In this document: positions 47,553 to 56,896 of the stretch, piece after piece
Numbering within the stretch: the stretch's first letter is position 1
Layout of the letters: each line of letters starts with the position of its first letter
Source of the DNA: a virus
Taxonomy: Duplodnaviria > Caudoviricetes
Direction: 5' to 3' (one strand)
Length of the DNA stretch: 60,259 bases
IMG/VR virus record: IMGVR_UViG_3300010316_001058
Coordinates: 1 to 60,259 of that record
Notes under the pieces: model-generated
The model's database searches: none
The model's input: only the letters and a program-made list of their open reading frames with translations
Told to the model about the DNA's origin: nothing
Made by a program: the position numbers and the translations under genes

Positions 47553-48471
47553 TATATTCTCTCATATGGCGCCAGCAGCTACCATCTTCTAGTTCGCTAA
47601 ACTTCCAATGAAACATACTAATACGCTCTAGCCATTTTTGTCTATCAAATTCCACAGGAGTTTCTATTTTAGAAAAGTCAGTGTGCGCAACTTCTGCGCA
47701 TTGGCTTGTTTTAGGACCAGTAATAAAAGCAGGATATCCCATAATGATCGGACCTACTATTGAGCTACTATTGTGGTTAACTACTGCCCATGCCTTGGAT
47801 AAATCTTCTTCAAATGTTGTTCCGATATTAATTTTAACACCAGGCAAACGTGTAATCTCAGGTAAGTTTAAATAGCTGCTTGCATGTCGATCGTTGGGGT
47901 GTCCCCGGACAATAATCAATCGATTGCTATACTTTCTAATCTCTCGAACAGTAGATAAAATCCATTCAACTACTCCTGTGTTGGCCATACTCCAACCGCC
48001 ATTGCGCTGGCAGCATAGCACAATGTTTCTGCCTACAGTTTTATGATTACCTAATTGTATTCCTAAGTCGTTGCTTATCTGTTGCCATCTTTTTGGATCC
48101 GGATTAGTGTCACAGTATATTCCCGTATTAGGAAATACTCCATCAAAGCTATATCTTAAATAATGATGCGGCTCATTTGTTTTATCTGCATAAAGAAATA
48201 GGTTACTATCGGCAGTGACTACATGTCGATTTCTTTCTCGCTGAGTAGTAATTATATCTTGACGCAGCTTTAAGTGAAGTGCTTCTTTACCAAACTCATG
48301 TGTCCACCCTTGTATTACAGCAACGTCAGAATTTCTAATCTTAAAGTTGTCTACTACTTTGCCATTGTCTCCTGCTTGATCTACTCCGGCAGCAAACTTT
48401 GTCAACAGATCTATTTTTTCTGCTTTCTTATTCTTTGGTGGAATAACTTTGAGATAACTATACACCTTCAT
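47542..48471 (-). CDS. KpsS/KpsC-like glycosyltransferase
   Basis: VLCCQR, IIVRGHP, AVVNHNSS. Confidence 0.7.
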   Translation of the reverse strand: MKVYSYLKVIPPKNKKAEKIDLLTKFAAGVDQAGDNGKVVDNFKIRNSDVAVIQGWTHEFGKEALHLKLRQDIITTQRERNRHVVTADSNLFLYADKTNEPHHYLRYSFDGVFPNTGIYCDTNPDPKRWQQISNDLGIQLGNHKTVGRNIVLCCQRNGGWSMANTGVVEWILSTVREIRKYSNRLIIVRGHPNDRHASSYLNLPEITRLPGVKINIGTTFEEDLSKAWAVVNHNSSSIVGPIIMGYPAFITGPKTSQCAEVAHTDFSKIETPVEFDRQKWLERISMFHWKFSELEDGSCWRHMREYINF

Positions 48472-49378
48472 TTACAATATTCCAAGCATATCCTGACTGT
48501 AGTTCTTCTAGTGTAAATTGACAGTACGACAAGTGTTTAGCAAAGTTAACACGAGTTTTGTCAGCTGGAGTTTCTAATTTTTCGATATCACTAATGCGAG
48601 TACTACATACTGTTGACGCAGCGTTAGGTGCAAGTGCAATAGCAGGCACACCGTACAAGATAGCTTCAGTGGCAGCAATGCTATTAAATGTAATCAAGCA
48701 ATAAGCATCATCAAGTACTTGCCAAATTGTATTGTTTGTAACTCGTTCACGTCTTGTTGGCTTTTCTCTAATTTCAATTTCACGAATAGTATGTCGTTCA
48801 ATTCTTCTCACAGTGTCACGAATCCATTGATTTAAATCTCTATTATAGAAGTTCATCACTTTGTCGCTCGGCGGACATATTAAAATCTTTTCACCTTTAG
48901 GAGCCGGTGTTAATTCCCATCGAAGTTTAGTTAGTCTATCTTCAGGTCGTTCTATTATAGGTCCTAAGTATTGTAAATTATTTTTTGTTACTCTATGATA
49001 GTTCTTTGCTTTTGATCCAGCTACTTGTAAATACCCTGTATCAATTGCATAGAAGTCTCTACTAGTGTCCATGCAATGTTTTATTGCCTCTTGACTACTT
49101 TTTCCAAGTCCTCTTATTATCAAAGGACTTTTAGTATTTTTCTCACTGCTCCAATTTGATATCCTTCCTGTTGACCCTTGTGCAAACGATTCGCAAACTT
49201 TATCAAAGACAAGTCCTTTTGCTCCTAAGTTTACTTCTTCAGGATCGACATTTATTGCGACTGTTTTAAGTTCTTTTGCCATTGCCTTCATTTCCTCTTT
49301 GGTGCTGTAAAACTGTTCAATTGGATCTAACAGTCCCTTCAGTGCTAGGTTTAGATATTCTTTATGGAATTCCGGCAA
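48458..49378 (-). CDS. KpsS/KpsC-like glycosyltransferase (frame open back to A10 tract)
   Basis: IDTGY, IREKP, LITFNSIAATEAI..GVP. Confidence 0.65.
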   Translation of the reverse strand: MPEFHKEYLNLALKGLLDPIEQFYSTKEEMKAMAKELKTVAINVDPEEVNLGAKGLVFDKVCESFAQGSTGRISNWSSEKNTKSPLIIRGLGKSSQEAIKHCMDTSRDFYAIDTGYLQVAGSKAKNYHRVTKNNLQYLGPIIERPEDRLTKLRWELTPAPKGEKILICPPSDKVMNFYNRDLNQWIRDTVRRIERHTIREIEIREKPTRRERVTNNTIWQVLDDAYCLITFNSIAATEAILYGVPAIALAPNAASTVCSTRISDIEKLETPADKTRVNFAKHLSYCQFTLEELQSGYAWNIVNEGV

Positions 49379-49419
49379 TGATAGATCGTTAATATCTATA
49401 TGGCGCTTGCGCTCAATTT

Positions 49420-50169
49420 CTAACTTTTTTTTTTATATTTGGCTCGCGTGTTGCTTTGTGCTAATAGAGTTTTGTAATATTCTACTTGATATTGATACCA
49501 GTCAACCGCGTATTCGCAATTTTGATATTCATCAAACCACGGGCCGCCTTCAGTGTAATGAATAAGCCTAGGTGCACCATCTTCTGGTTCGTTATACCAT
49601 CCTACTAGCCAGTTCCATTCGTGACTAATTTCGCCAATCTCTTCATCTTGCAACCAGCTAAATCTGTGCAAGTATGCTCCGTTGATTTCTGGCTCATTTA
49701 CTAGTTCAGTGGTTAGTTTTTGATTACTAGGATGTTCGCAGTTAAACAGTACCATACTTGACCAGTTTTTTCTTGGATAGATGTGTTGCTGTTGCCCATC
49801 CATCTTAACTCCTTCTTTAGGAGTGTAGTCATGGTGTACGCACATTACAGCATATTTTTCGTTTACTTGATCAAACAATTCTTTAACATCTCTTTTGAAT
49901 ATCATATCACAATCTATAAACAACGCCCAGCCTTTGAACCCATTAAGTTCTGGTACTAGAAAACGAGTAAATGTAAATTCTGTTGATGCTAGCTTGTCAA
50001 CTGACCTGCTGTAATATCCGCGTTTGCGAAGATCAGCTTGCTTCAACGGAATCACTTCAACTGGCACGCTTGCTGTATCAAGGATGCTTTGCTTGCATAT
50101 TTGAAACGCAATATCTTCTCTGCTGTCCCATCCAACGTAAATCTTTAATGGGTTAATTTCTTCTGACAA
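49420..50169 (-). CDS. GT8-like glycosyltransferase
   Basis: YVGWDSRE, STEFTFTRF, FIDCD, PRKNWSS, WNWL, HYTEGGPW. Confidence 0.85.
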   Translation of the reverse strand: MSEEINPLKIYVGWDSREDIAFQICKQSILDTASVPVEVIPLKQADLRKRGYYSRSVDKLASTEFTFTRFLVPELNGFKGWALFIDCDMIFKRDVKELFDQVNEKYAVMCVHHDYTPKEGVKMDGQQQHIYPRKNWSSMVLFNCEHPSNQKLTTELVNEPEINGAYLHRFSWLQDEEIGEISHEWNWLVGWYNEPEDGAPRLIHYTEGGPWFDEYQNCEYAVDWYQYQVEYYKTLLAQSNTRAKYKKKS

Positions 50170-50920
50170 TGTCTTCCTCCACGCACTGTTCTCCGTACTG
50201 TACTTCTAAAATGTGACAAGGCTGTGCTGTGTCGTTTCGTGCCTTGTGCCACGTACCCTTACCTATTATATATCCGTTGTTTAGTGGATGCAGATTTATA
50301 ACTGATTTGCGGCCCTGGTATTCCGTTGTTAAATGGCATATTCCACTAAGTACATACCAGTGCTCATTTCTAATTTGGTGTTTTTGATCGCTTAGGCTTT
50401 TTCCCGGTAGTATTACTAATTCTTTTACTTTGTAGCCTGGTTTCTCGTCTAGTACTCTGTACCATCCCCATTCGCGTTCTGTTTTAGGATTCTTCCATTC
50501 GTCTAATATCCAGCTTGACGAATTCTTCTTGTCATCACCGCCGATACCCCAAGCAAAAGTAACACCGTACTGATTCTTGTACATGTCGTATTCTGGGCAA
50601 TTGCCTTGTTGCCTATCTCCGCCATTGGCAAAAATGATTTCGGTTTGTTGCCCGTGTGTTGACATCACTCGAAATAAAGCGTGGCACGCTGTACCTGATG
50701 AATCGTCGAAACCAATAACTTGATCCACCATGTCCAAATGTTTAATGATGTTACACCGTTCTTCAAAGGACATAAATGGCTTACCCTTTTTTCGAGTAAG
50801 CCAATCATCTGAATTAACTCCAACTATTAATTTATCACCCAAAGCTTTTGCTGCTTTGAAGTACTCGATGTGCCCGCTGTGTAAAGGATCGTAGCCGCCC
50901 GTACAGAGTACAATTTTCAT
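50153..50920 (-). CDS. cytidylyl/nucleotidyltransferase fused to cupin (mannose-6-P isomerase-like)
   Basis: GGYDPLHSGH (HIGH), NSD.WL.RKKG, SSS; R.WG.Y, LS.Q.H..R.EHW, EVQYG..EEDI.R. Confidence 0.88.
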   Translation of the reverse strand: MKIVLCTGGYDPLHSGHIEYFKAAKALGDKLIVGVNSDDWLTRKKGKPFMSFEERCNIIKHLDMVDQVIGFDDSSGTACHALFRVMSTHGQQTEIIFANGGDRQQGNCPEYDMYKNQYGVTFAWGIGGDDKKNSSSWILDEWKNPKTEREWGWYRVLDEKPGYKVKELVILPGKSLSDQKHQIRNEHWYVLSGICHLTTEYQGRKSVINLHPLNNGYIIGKGTWHKARNDTAQPCHILEVQYGEQCVEEDIVRRN

Positions 50921-51612
50921 TTTTTAACAATCCTTCCTTTAATGTAGTTATTTGGCTTTTCGTTAGGAAAACAAAGAATTGAATGATTTGTATTCGGATC
51001 GTAAAACCAAGATTTTCCTCGTTTTCCGTTTCCTGCTGCATATCTTTTAGCAGGGTCTTTCATTTGTTCTTTTGACTTTTGTTTTCTTATCTCAATTTGT
51101 TTAGGGTCCTCAAATTGTTTTCGGTTTGCTTCTTGAAGTTTTTCTTTTGTTTTTTTGTTGTGTGCTTTTCCAAGCATCGGAGGATCTTGAAGTTTTCGTT
51201 TTTCCTTCATCAAAGATCGAGTTTCGTCAGAATGTGTTTTTCCATAATAAGGATTGTTTATCCCTTTTTGTGATTCACCTATTACTTTTTTAGTTTCTTT
51301 AATTATAGATTCATAACCTTTAGACGATATTTTGTATCTTGTTTGATGAGAATTTTCTCTAATCATCATTGTTCTAATAGCATAGGACATTTTTACTTTA
51401 TCTTGGCCTTCTGTCATTTTAACAAGAAGTCTATGACAAATAAAATGTTCTTTTGCTGTAATCGCCACTAAGTTTTCTTTTTTATTCGAGCCACCTAAAC
51501 TTTTTGGGATTATATGATGATTCTCTTTATAAACTGATTCTTCTAAAGGATTATTTTTTCTATTAGAGATAATGCTGTTATACCATCTTGTATATTTGTT
51601 ATTCTTAAACAT
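50917..51612 (-). CDS. HNH homing endonuclease with NUMOD3 repeats
   Basis: ENHHIIPKSLGG.N..NLV..TAKEHFICH.LL; NPYYGKTHSDET. Confidence 0.92.
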   Translation of the reverse strand: MFKNNKYTRWYNSIISNRKNNPLEESVYKENHHIIPKSLGGSNKKENLVAITAKEHFICHRLLVKMTEGQDKVKMSYAIRTMMIRENSHQTRYKISSKGYESIIKETKKVIGESQKGINNPYYGKTHSDETRSLMKEKRKLQDPPMLGKAHNKKTKEKLQEANRKQFEDPKQIEIRKQKSKEQMKDPAKRYAAGNGKRGKSWFYDPNTNHSILCFPNEKPNNYIKGRIVKK

Positions 51613-51616
51613 ACAA

Positions 51617-51679
51617 TTATTTATCAAACTTTGAATCAAATCCGCCTGTAACTAGTACAACTTTCTTGATTGATTTCAT
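51617..51679 (-). pseudogene. displaced 5' stub of the nucleotidyltransferase gene
   Basis: MKSIKKVVLVTGGFD vs functional MKIVLCTGGYD; retains TATAAATA-N5-ATG. Confidence 0.8.
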
Positions 51680-51804
51680 AACGGTATTTATATTTTTGTT
51701 ACAGAACAGGAATAATATTTCGCGTAAAGTAATCATGTATTATGTGCCCAAATAAAGTCTTTTCGAATGCCATCAACCATAGAATAATTTAGTTTTTTAA
51801 TTTA

Positions 51805-52731
51805 TTATTGATCATATTTTTCCTTTAAATGAAACCATGGATCGCCCCTTAGTATTTCGTCTTCTCTCCACTGACAATAACCTAAGTTATATAACCATTG
51901 ATTTCTTTCAAAGTATTCTGGATTTTCTAATAACGACAAATCTTTATTTGAACACTCCCAGGCCATTGAACTAGGGCACAAGCTGAACGTAGGAATTCCT
52001 TCGCATATACTCTCAGTTAATGCGTTACTGTTGAACCCGACAACAGCTGAAGCATTATTAAAGTCTTCATACAATCCGGCTCCGCCCTCTAAAGGCTTGG
52101 CGCCGTGTGTATTAGGTGATATTTCTACATTGACAATATTGAGATTATGAATGATTTCCAATTGCTGCTCTTGACGCAAGGGATGAAGTCTTAGTCTTAT
52201 TTTCCGATCAGTATTATTTCTTATATCAGCTACTGTACTGCTTAAGAAATTATCATAAGTTTTATACTTCTCTATCAAATTCTTTAAGCTACTGTCGCCT
52301 GGACGTTGTAATATAACTAAAACGTATTCGCCCGATTCTTTCCAGTCTTTAATTTCTATTTGTTGTTCTTTTTGAATTCGTAACCACCTGTCTGGGGGAG
52401 AATTTTCATTGCAGTAGTTGCCTTCGTCTCTAAAATAACTAGTCCAACTGTACCTGTGATATGCCATAGGGCTAGGCGGACGAATCATATTCTTTCTAAA
52501 AACTGAACTTTCAGTAACTAAAAAAGGCTTATTGCTATCTAAAATAAATTGATAATATTTTTTAAGCTTCTTTCGCTTCTGACTAATAATATTATTTTGC
52601 AAATAGATATCAGCTGACAATATTGTTTTTTGGTCTTCCCAAGGTACTATCTTAAAATTAGGCAGTTGAGGGATAGGGTGATTTCTGTATGCTTCTTCAA
52701 TTCCGACTATTAATGGTTCAGAAGTTTTCAT
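51805..52731 (-). CDS. KpsS/KpsC-like glycosyltransferase
   Basis: VILQRPGDSS, IRLRLHP, VVGFNSNALTES..GIP. Confidence 0.72.
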   Translation of the reverse strand: MKTSEPLIVGIEEAYRNHPIPQLPNFKIVPWEDQKTILSADIYLQNNIISQKRKKLKKYYQFILDSNKPFLVTESSVFRKNMIRPPSPMAYHRYSWTSYFRDEGNYCNENSPPDRWLRIQKEQQIEIKDWKESGEYVLVILQRPGDSSLKNLIEKYKTYDNFLSSTVADIRNNTDRKIRLRLHPLRQEQQLEIIHNLNIVNVEISPNTHGAKPLEGGAGLYEDFNNASAVVGFNSNALTESICEGIPTFSLCPSSMAWECSNKDLSLLENPEYFERNQWLYNLGYCQWREDEILRGDPWFHLKEKYDQ

Positions 52732-53914
52732 TTACAAAAACTAGTCCTCTATTTCTGACAAAGGCTTTTTTCCGCTTGTGTGTATTCATTGTAGAATGTT
52801 CTCTTAATTTCTTTGTCTTTAATTTGTCATAAATTAAGTTGTATTCTGCAAACGTATCAATCCAATACTGCTCTTCCTGTAAATTAACATGATGATGCCC
52901 GGCCCAGCCCGGCGGAGCATAAGTCATTATTACTGATTTACAACACTGAAACGCTTGCATGTAATTTGGTATATATTCCTCGTACACATGCTCAACAAAC
53001 TCTACGCTCCAGCCTAGATCGTATTTTTTTGTTAATGGAGCAGGACCCGTTGTAAAGTCGTGTATTAAAAAGTTGTCTGCATTATATCGGTCGAGGGTGT
53101 AATCTCCATCAACTCCGAAGCTTTTAAATCCTTGCTCTTCTGCTAGCTGCACCATACCGCCTGGACCGCATCCAATATCCAAAAACGATTTACTATTAAG
53201 TTCTTGTGCTGCCCATAGTAATGCACCTTTGTCTAAATGAGTTTTGTTAGCGTGTCCGCCTAAATGTTCTTCTAATGTTGCCATATTTCTATATCCAATG
53301 AATTTCTCTAAATATTTATCAGTAGTTTTTTGATCGCCTTTTAATGTTAAAAACGCACTATCATTTTTGTTCTTTCCAACTGTAATCCATTCTACGCCAA
53401 CTGGCATAAAGTTGTATTCATTGTCAAGCTGGGGCATAACTAGTTGATCTCTGCCCCATTTCCAATCCCTTATCGGCTTGGAATTTAATGCCTTGGCATA
53501 CTGGTGCCTAAAATCGTCTTGTCCAAAAGTGACTAAGCCGGCTAACCAGCGCCCATCTTTAGGATGCTGCATAACGTAGTGAGCGTCAAACAGCGTTGCA
53601 AATTCTTCTTCTGTAAAACTTCTTGTACAAATAGTATCAGCATCGAGTGTGATAAAGCTTTCATTCATCGGTATTTTAGAAGCTGCTATAAATCTAACAG
53701 CTTGGAGATATGCTATCTTTACTTCGTCGTTTTGAAACTCTATTTCTTCTACGGTGTATTCGACAAACTCTAATTTTTCTAGGTTGATAGGATTAACAAC
53801 GTGGCATCTTAATTTAATCCAAGGGCTATGATGATTGATTGATTTCAACAAACCGATCCCCCAATCATCATAGTATAATTGGTCACAAGCTATTAGTATA
53901 CTATATGCTTGCAT
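52718..53914 (-). CDS. glycosyltransferase-methyltransferase fusion
   Basis: N-half TLDAD (GT-A), C-half FLDIGCGPG, VEFVEHV. Confidence 0.8.
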   Translation of the reverse strand: MQAYSILIACDQLYYDDWGIGLLKSINHHSPWIKLRCHVVNPINLEKLEFVEYTVEEIEFQNDEVKIAYLQAVRFIAASKIPMNESFITLDADTICTRSFTEEEFATLFDAHYVMQHPKDGRWLAGLVTFGQDDFRHQYAKALNSKPIRDWKWGRDQLVMPQLDNEYNFMPVGVEWITVGKNKNDSAFLTLKGDQKTTDKYLEKFIGYRNMATLEEHLGGHANKTHLDKGALLWAAQELNSKSFLDIGCGPGGMVQLAEEQGFKSFGVDGDYTLDRYNADNFLIHDFTTGPAPLTKKYDLGWSVEFVEHVYEEYIPNYMQAFQCCKSVIMTYAPPGWAGHHHVNLQEEQYWIDTFAEYNLIYDKLKTKKLREHSTMNTHKRKKAFVRNRGLVFVNENF

Positions 53915-54356
53915 CTTCCATTCCTGCTACTCGTAGTTTAACAACGTTGGTAATTTGCCATTGCTTTTGGTCAAGTGCTTTTAATACACCTAACCATTTG
54001 TTGCGCAGTAGAGCAAATTCATTGATTAATATTTCGTAGTCAACTACTGCTTGTTCGCCATCGACATATTTTTCTACGTCTCTACTTGACAGAGCACGTT
54101 GATAGTTTTCTAGATATTTCTTGAAAAACGAGCTACGCAACTTGCGCAGCTCGATGTTCAAAAAGTGGAGTATTGCTTCGATCTCCTGAAGCTGATTAAA
54201 TCGATGTTCAACAATGCCCGGCATTTCTGCCGCAGCCTTTTCAACATTACCTTTAAGCTTTACTTCAACTCTTGCAGTAAGAAGCTCAGTTTCATAATGC
54301 TGTATTGCTGAAGGTAGTTGTCCAAGATCACGAGTGACCTTACTATACCATCCCAT
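53901..54356 (-). CDS. uvsY: recombination mediator UvsY-like
   Basis: Helical protein downstream of uvsX; YVDGE, N..KLR.AG. Confidence 0.7.
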   Translation of the reverse strand: MGWYSKVTRDLGQLPSAIQHYETELLTARVEVKLKGNVEKAAAEMPGIVEHRFNQLQEIEAILHFLNIELRKLRSSFFKKYLENYQRALSSRDVEKYVDGEQAVVDYEILINEFALLRNKWLGVLKALDQKQWQITNVVKLRVAGMEDASI

Positions 54357-54358
54357 CT

Positions 54359-54601
54359 TTAATCCCACTCCTCCGCTTCGTCGTCTACATAACCTTCTGC
54401 GTCAATATCTAAATAATATCCAATCGCAGCGTCTAGCACAGCATCGTGTCCTAGCACTTCTTTGAAAGATACATCACTCACACCGTAGTCTGCTAACATA
54501 TCAACAAATTTTTCTGCTACAACATCAATCTGCTTCTTATCCAAATATTCTTTAAATAAAGTCCAAACATCAGCTATTTGTTCTTCATCCATGGCGTTCA
54601 C
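54359..54601 (-). CDS. hypothetical acidic protein
   Basis: Between uvsX and uvsY, GAGGAG SD. Confidence 0.7.
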   Translation of the reverse strand: MNAMDEEQIADVWTLFKEYLDKKQIDVVAEKFVDMLADYGVSDVSFKEVLGHDAVLDAAIGYYLDIDAEGYVDDEAEEWD

Positions 54602-55704
54602 TCCTCGTTATTTTCTTCTTCAACTACTTCTACTTCAGCTTCTAATGCTTCAGCTTCTCTAGCTTCCTTCTCGATATTTAGCAGTTGCTCTTCCTTGGCA
54701 GGTAAATCAGCCATAACTATTTCCAGCTTGTCACCAGTCCAGTTTTTGCGGAATTCAATAACTTCTTCGCCATCAGTTGTCATGTACTTGTAGCGATTGC
54801 CTTGCTTCTCTAACAAGCCTCGTGCCTCAAATAAGTCAAACAATCCGCTGTAAGGATCCATGCCAGTTGAATAAGGAATCTTTACCTGTACACCTTCAAA
54901 TGGCTTTGAGTATCGTGTTTTCATAACCTTGCAGCCAGCACGAATACCGTGAACCTGTGACGTTTTATTTCCGTCTGCGTCTTCTTTAAGCTTCATCTTC
55001 TTCATAGCCACAACAATACTTGATGCATATACGAATCCGCTGCCGCCTGAGATCTTGTCGTCCGGGTCAAACATATCCTGCGATGCGTAAGTGTGATTTG
55101 TAACAACCATGCCTACATTGTATGAACCAAACATGTTGACACAGTTTGTAACCAATGCTTTAAGTGCCTTTGCTTTACGTCCAAAGTCACCTTTCATATC
55201 ACCTTTGTTAAACTGGTCTTGTTCAGTTGGTGACATAAGCATACCGAGTGAGTCAACTACAAACAACACCTTTGGGCGTTCATCTTCATTCATTGCTTTG
55301 TAGTCTATCATGAATGTTGAAATAGTCTTTGCCACGTCGTCGATCATTGCCATGTTAAGCTTTAGTAGTTTGCTTTCATCTGTGTCCACGTCTAGTGCGT
55401 GTAACCATGATTCGTCTAGTGCGTTCTCTGTGTCAATAAGCACAACATAAATTCCTTGTGCTTGTGCTTCTTTAACTATATTGCCGCTGGCAATATATGA
55501 CTTACCTGCGCCAGATTCACCAGCAAACACACTCACTTTACCGAGTGGAATGCCTCTTCTGAATTCACCGCTGATAAGATAATTGAGAGCATAGTTGCCA
55601 GTTGAGATCCAGTCTGTAGGATCGTGGAAACCTGCGCTCATTCCCGTTATTGATTTTGTTAACGAGTTTCTAAACTTCGTAGGGTCAAATGTCTTTGATA
55701 CCAT
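54598..55704 (-). CDS. uvsX: RecA-like recombinase UvsX
   Basis: GESGAGKS, IDTENA, VVDSLG, SGG.G. Confidence 0.92.
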   Translation of the reverse strand: MVSKTFDPTKFRNSLTKSITGMSAGFHDPTDWISTGNYALNYLISGEFRRGIPLGKVSVFAGESGAGKSYIASGNIVKEAQAQGIYVVLIDTENALDESWLHALDVDTDESKLLKLNMAMIDDVAKTISTFMIDYKAMNEDERPKVLFVVDSLGMLMSPTEQDQFNKGDMKGDFGRKAKALKALVTNCVNMFGSYNVGMVVTNHTYASQDMFDPDDKISGGSGFVYASSIVVAMKKMKLKEDADGNKTSQVHGIRAGCKVMKTRYSKPFEGVQVKIPYSTGMDPYSGLFDLFEARGLLEKQGNRYKYMTTDGEEVIEFRKNWTGDKLEIVMADLPAKEEQLLNIEKEAREAEALEAEVEVVEEENNEE

Positions 55705-55727
55705 TAATTTCTCCAAATTGGTTTATT

Positions 55728-55749
55728 GTACTGGGCCGTAGCCCAGTAC
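55728..55749 (-). terminator. hairpin after gp32
   Basis: GTACTGGGC-CGTA-GCCCAGTAC. Confidence 0.55.
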
Positions 55750-55777
55750 TTAATAATATTCAGTTATAGTGTTATTA

Positions 55778-56764
55778 TTATGTTTCTTGTCTGTTACGAA
55801 TCATTGCAAGAATATTCCTTGCCGAATCGTCTGACGCCGGTGCAGGTGTTTCTGCTGCCGCTTCTTCATTGCTCTTAAACGGAATGTCATCGTCTTCATC
55901 TGCTGCCTCTTGCACAGGTGCCTTAGGTGCTGCTGGCTTCGATGCCGGAGTTGACTTGTTTGGATCACCCGTCTTTGCTTGCATACCTGCAGGACGGAAG
56001 TACTGGCTCCAACGATCTGGATCGTATGGTTCGCCATCGACACTTGCTTCAAACATTTCCATCATTACCTTTAGTTCGATTTCGCCTGGCTGCTTCGGAA
56101 GGAAGTCGCCCAAGTTAAACAAACCGTGTGTATTGACTGCTGCCATTTCTTCATCATTTAGAGGACGCTCACGACGTGCCCAGTTTGATGTACCGTAGTC
56201 GGCATATCCGCCTTTTGAGCCTTTGCTTAGACGAAAGTCAAGTCCGTTTGTGTAGTCAGTTGGCATATCTTCCATATCCGGGTCAAGCAAGCTTGCCTTG
56301 ATGATTTGGAAAATCTGTGGTCCAATAATAAATCTACGAACTGGATTCTCTGGAGTTCTGTCATCTGTCAAAGGATTGTCTGCTACAAAACCTTGGAATA
56401 CGTACGAACGCTTCTTCCAATACTTACGACCCATATCTTCAAGTGTTGGATCCTTGAACCATCCACGTACTTCGTTCAAAATGTCACATTTTTCACCGTA
56501 CATTTCCATGCAAGGAATTTGTACTTGTACTGGACGAGAATCTGTCTCACCCTTGATGCCCTGGAATGGCAGCTTAATCATAAGACGTTCTTTCCAGAAA
56601 AAGTCGTTCTTATCATCGCCGTCAGGTAAGAAACGCATAGTACACGTCTCGCCTTCTTTGATATTCCAAAATGGGTAAATTGCTGAATCGCCTGGTGCGT
56701 TGTTTCCACCTGTGCGCGATTCTTGTTCTTTGAGCTTTGCTCTGATTTCTGATAGTGATGCCAT
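55778..56764 (-). CDS. single-stranded DNA binding protein (T4 gp32-like)
   Basis: RFLPD, C....C, G.DF...K..GGYADY..S, acidic tail DDDIPF. Confidence 0.88.
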   Translation of the reverse strand: MASLSEIRAKLKEQESRTGGNNAPGDSAIYPFWNIKEGETCTMRFLPDGDDKNDFFWKERLMIKLPFQGIKGETDSRPVQVQIPCMEMYGEKCDILNEVRGWFKDPTLEDMGRKYWKKRSYVFQGFVADNPLTDDRTPENPVRRFIIGPQIFQIIKASLLDPDMEDMPTDYTNGLDFRLSKGSKGGYADYGTSNWARRERPLNDEEMAAVNTHGLFNLGDFLPKQPGEIELKVMMEMFEASVDGEPYDPDRWSQYFRPAGMQAKTGDPNKSTPASKPAAPKAPVQEAADEDDDIPFKSNEEAAAETPAPASDDSARNILAMIRNRQET

Positions 56765-56832
56765 AGTAATTGCCTCCTAAAGTTTTTGCCTATCTATGTG
56801 CTTTTGTGCCTATAATGTGTAGCACTTATTAC

Positions 56833-56861
56833 ATACTACACGATATTATTTATCATGTCAA
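56833..56861 (-). promoter_or_regulatory. nested sigma70 and late promoters for gp32
   Basis: TTGACA-N17-TAGTAT with TAAATA in the spacer. Confidence 0.6.
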
Positions 56862-56896
56862 GCGAAAAATGTCTTGAAAATGAATAAGTTAGCGGA

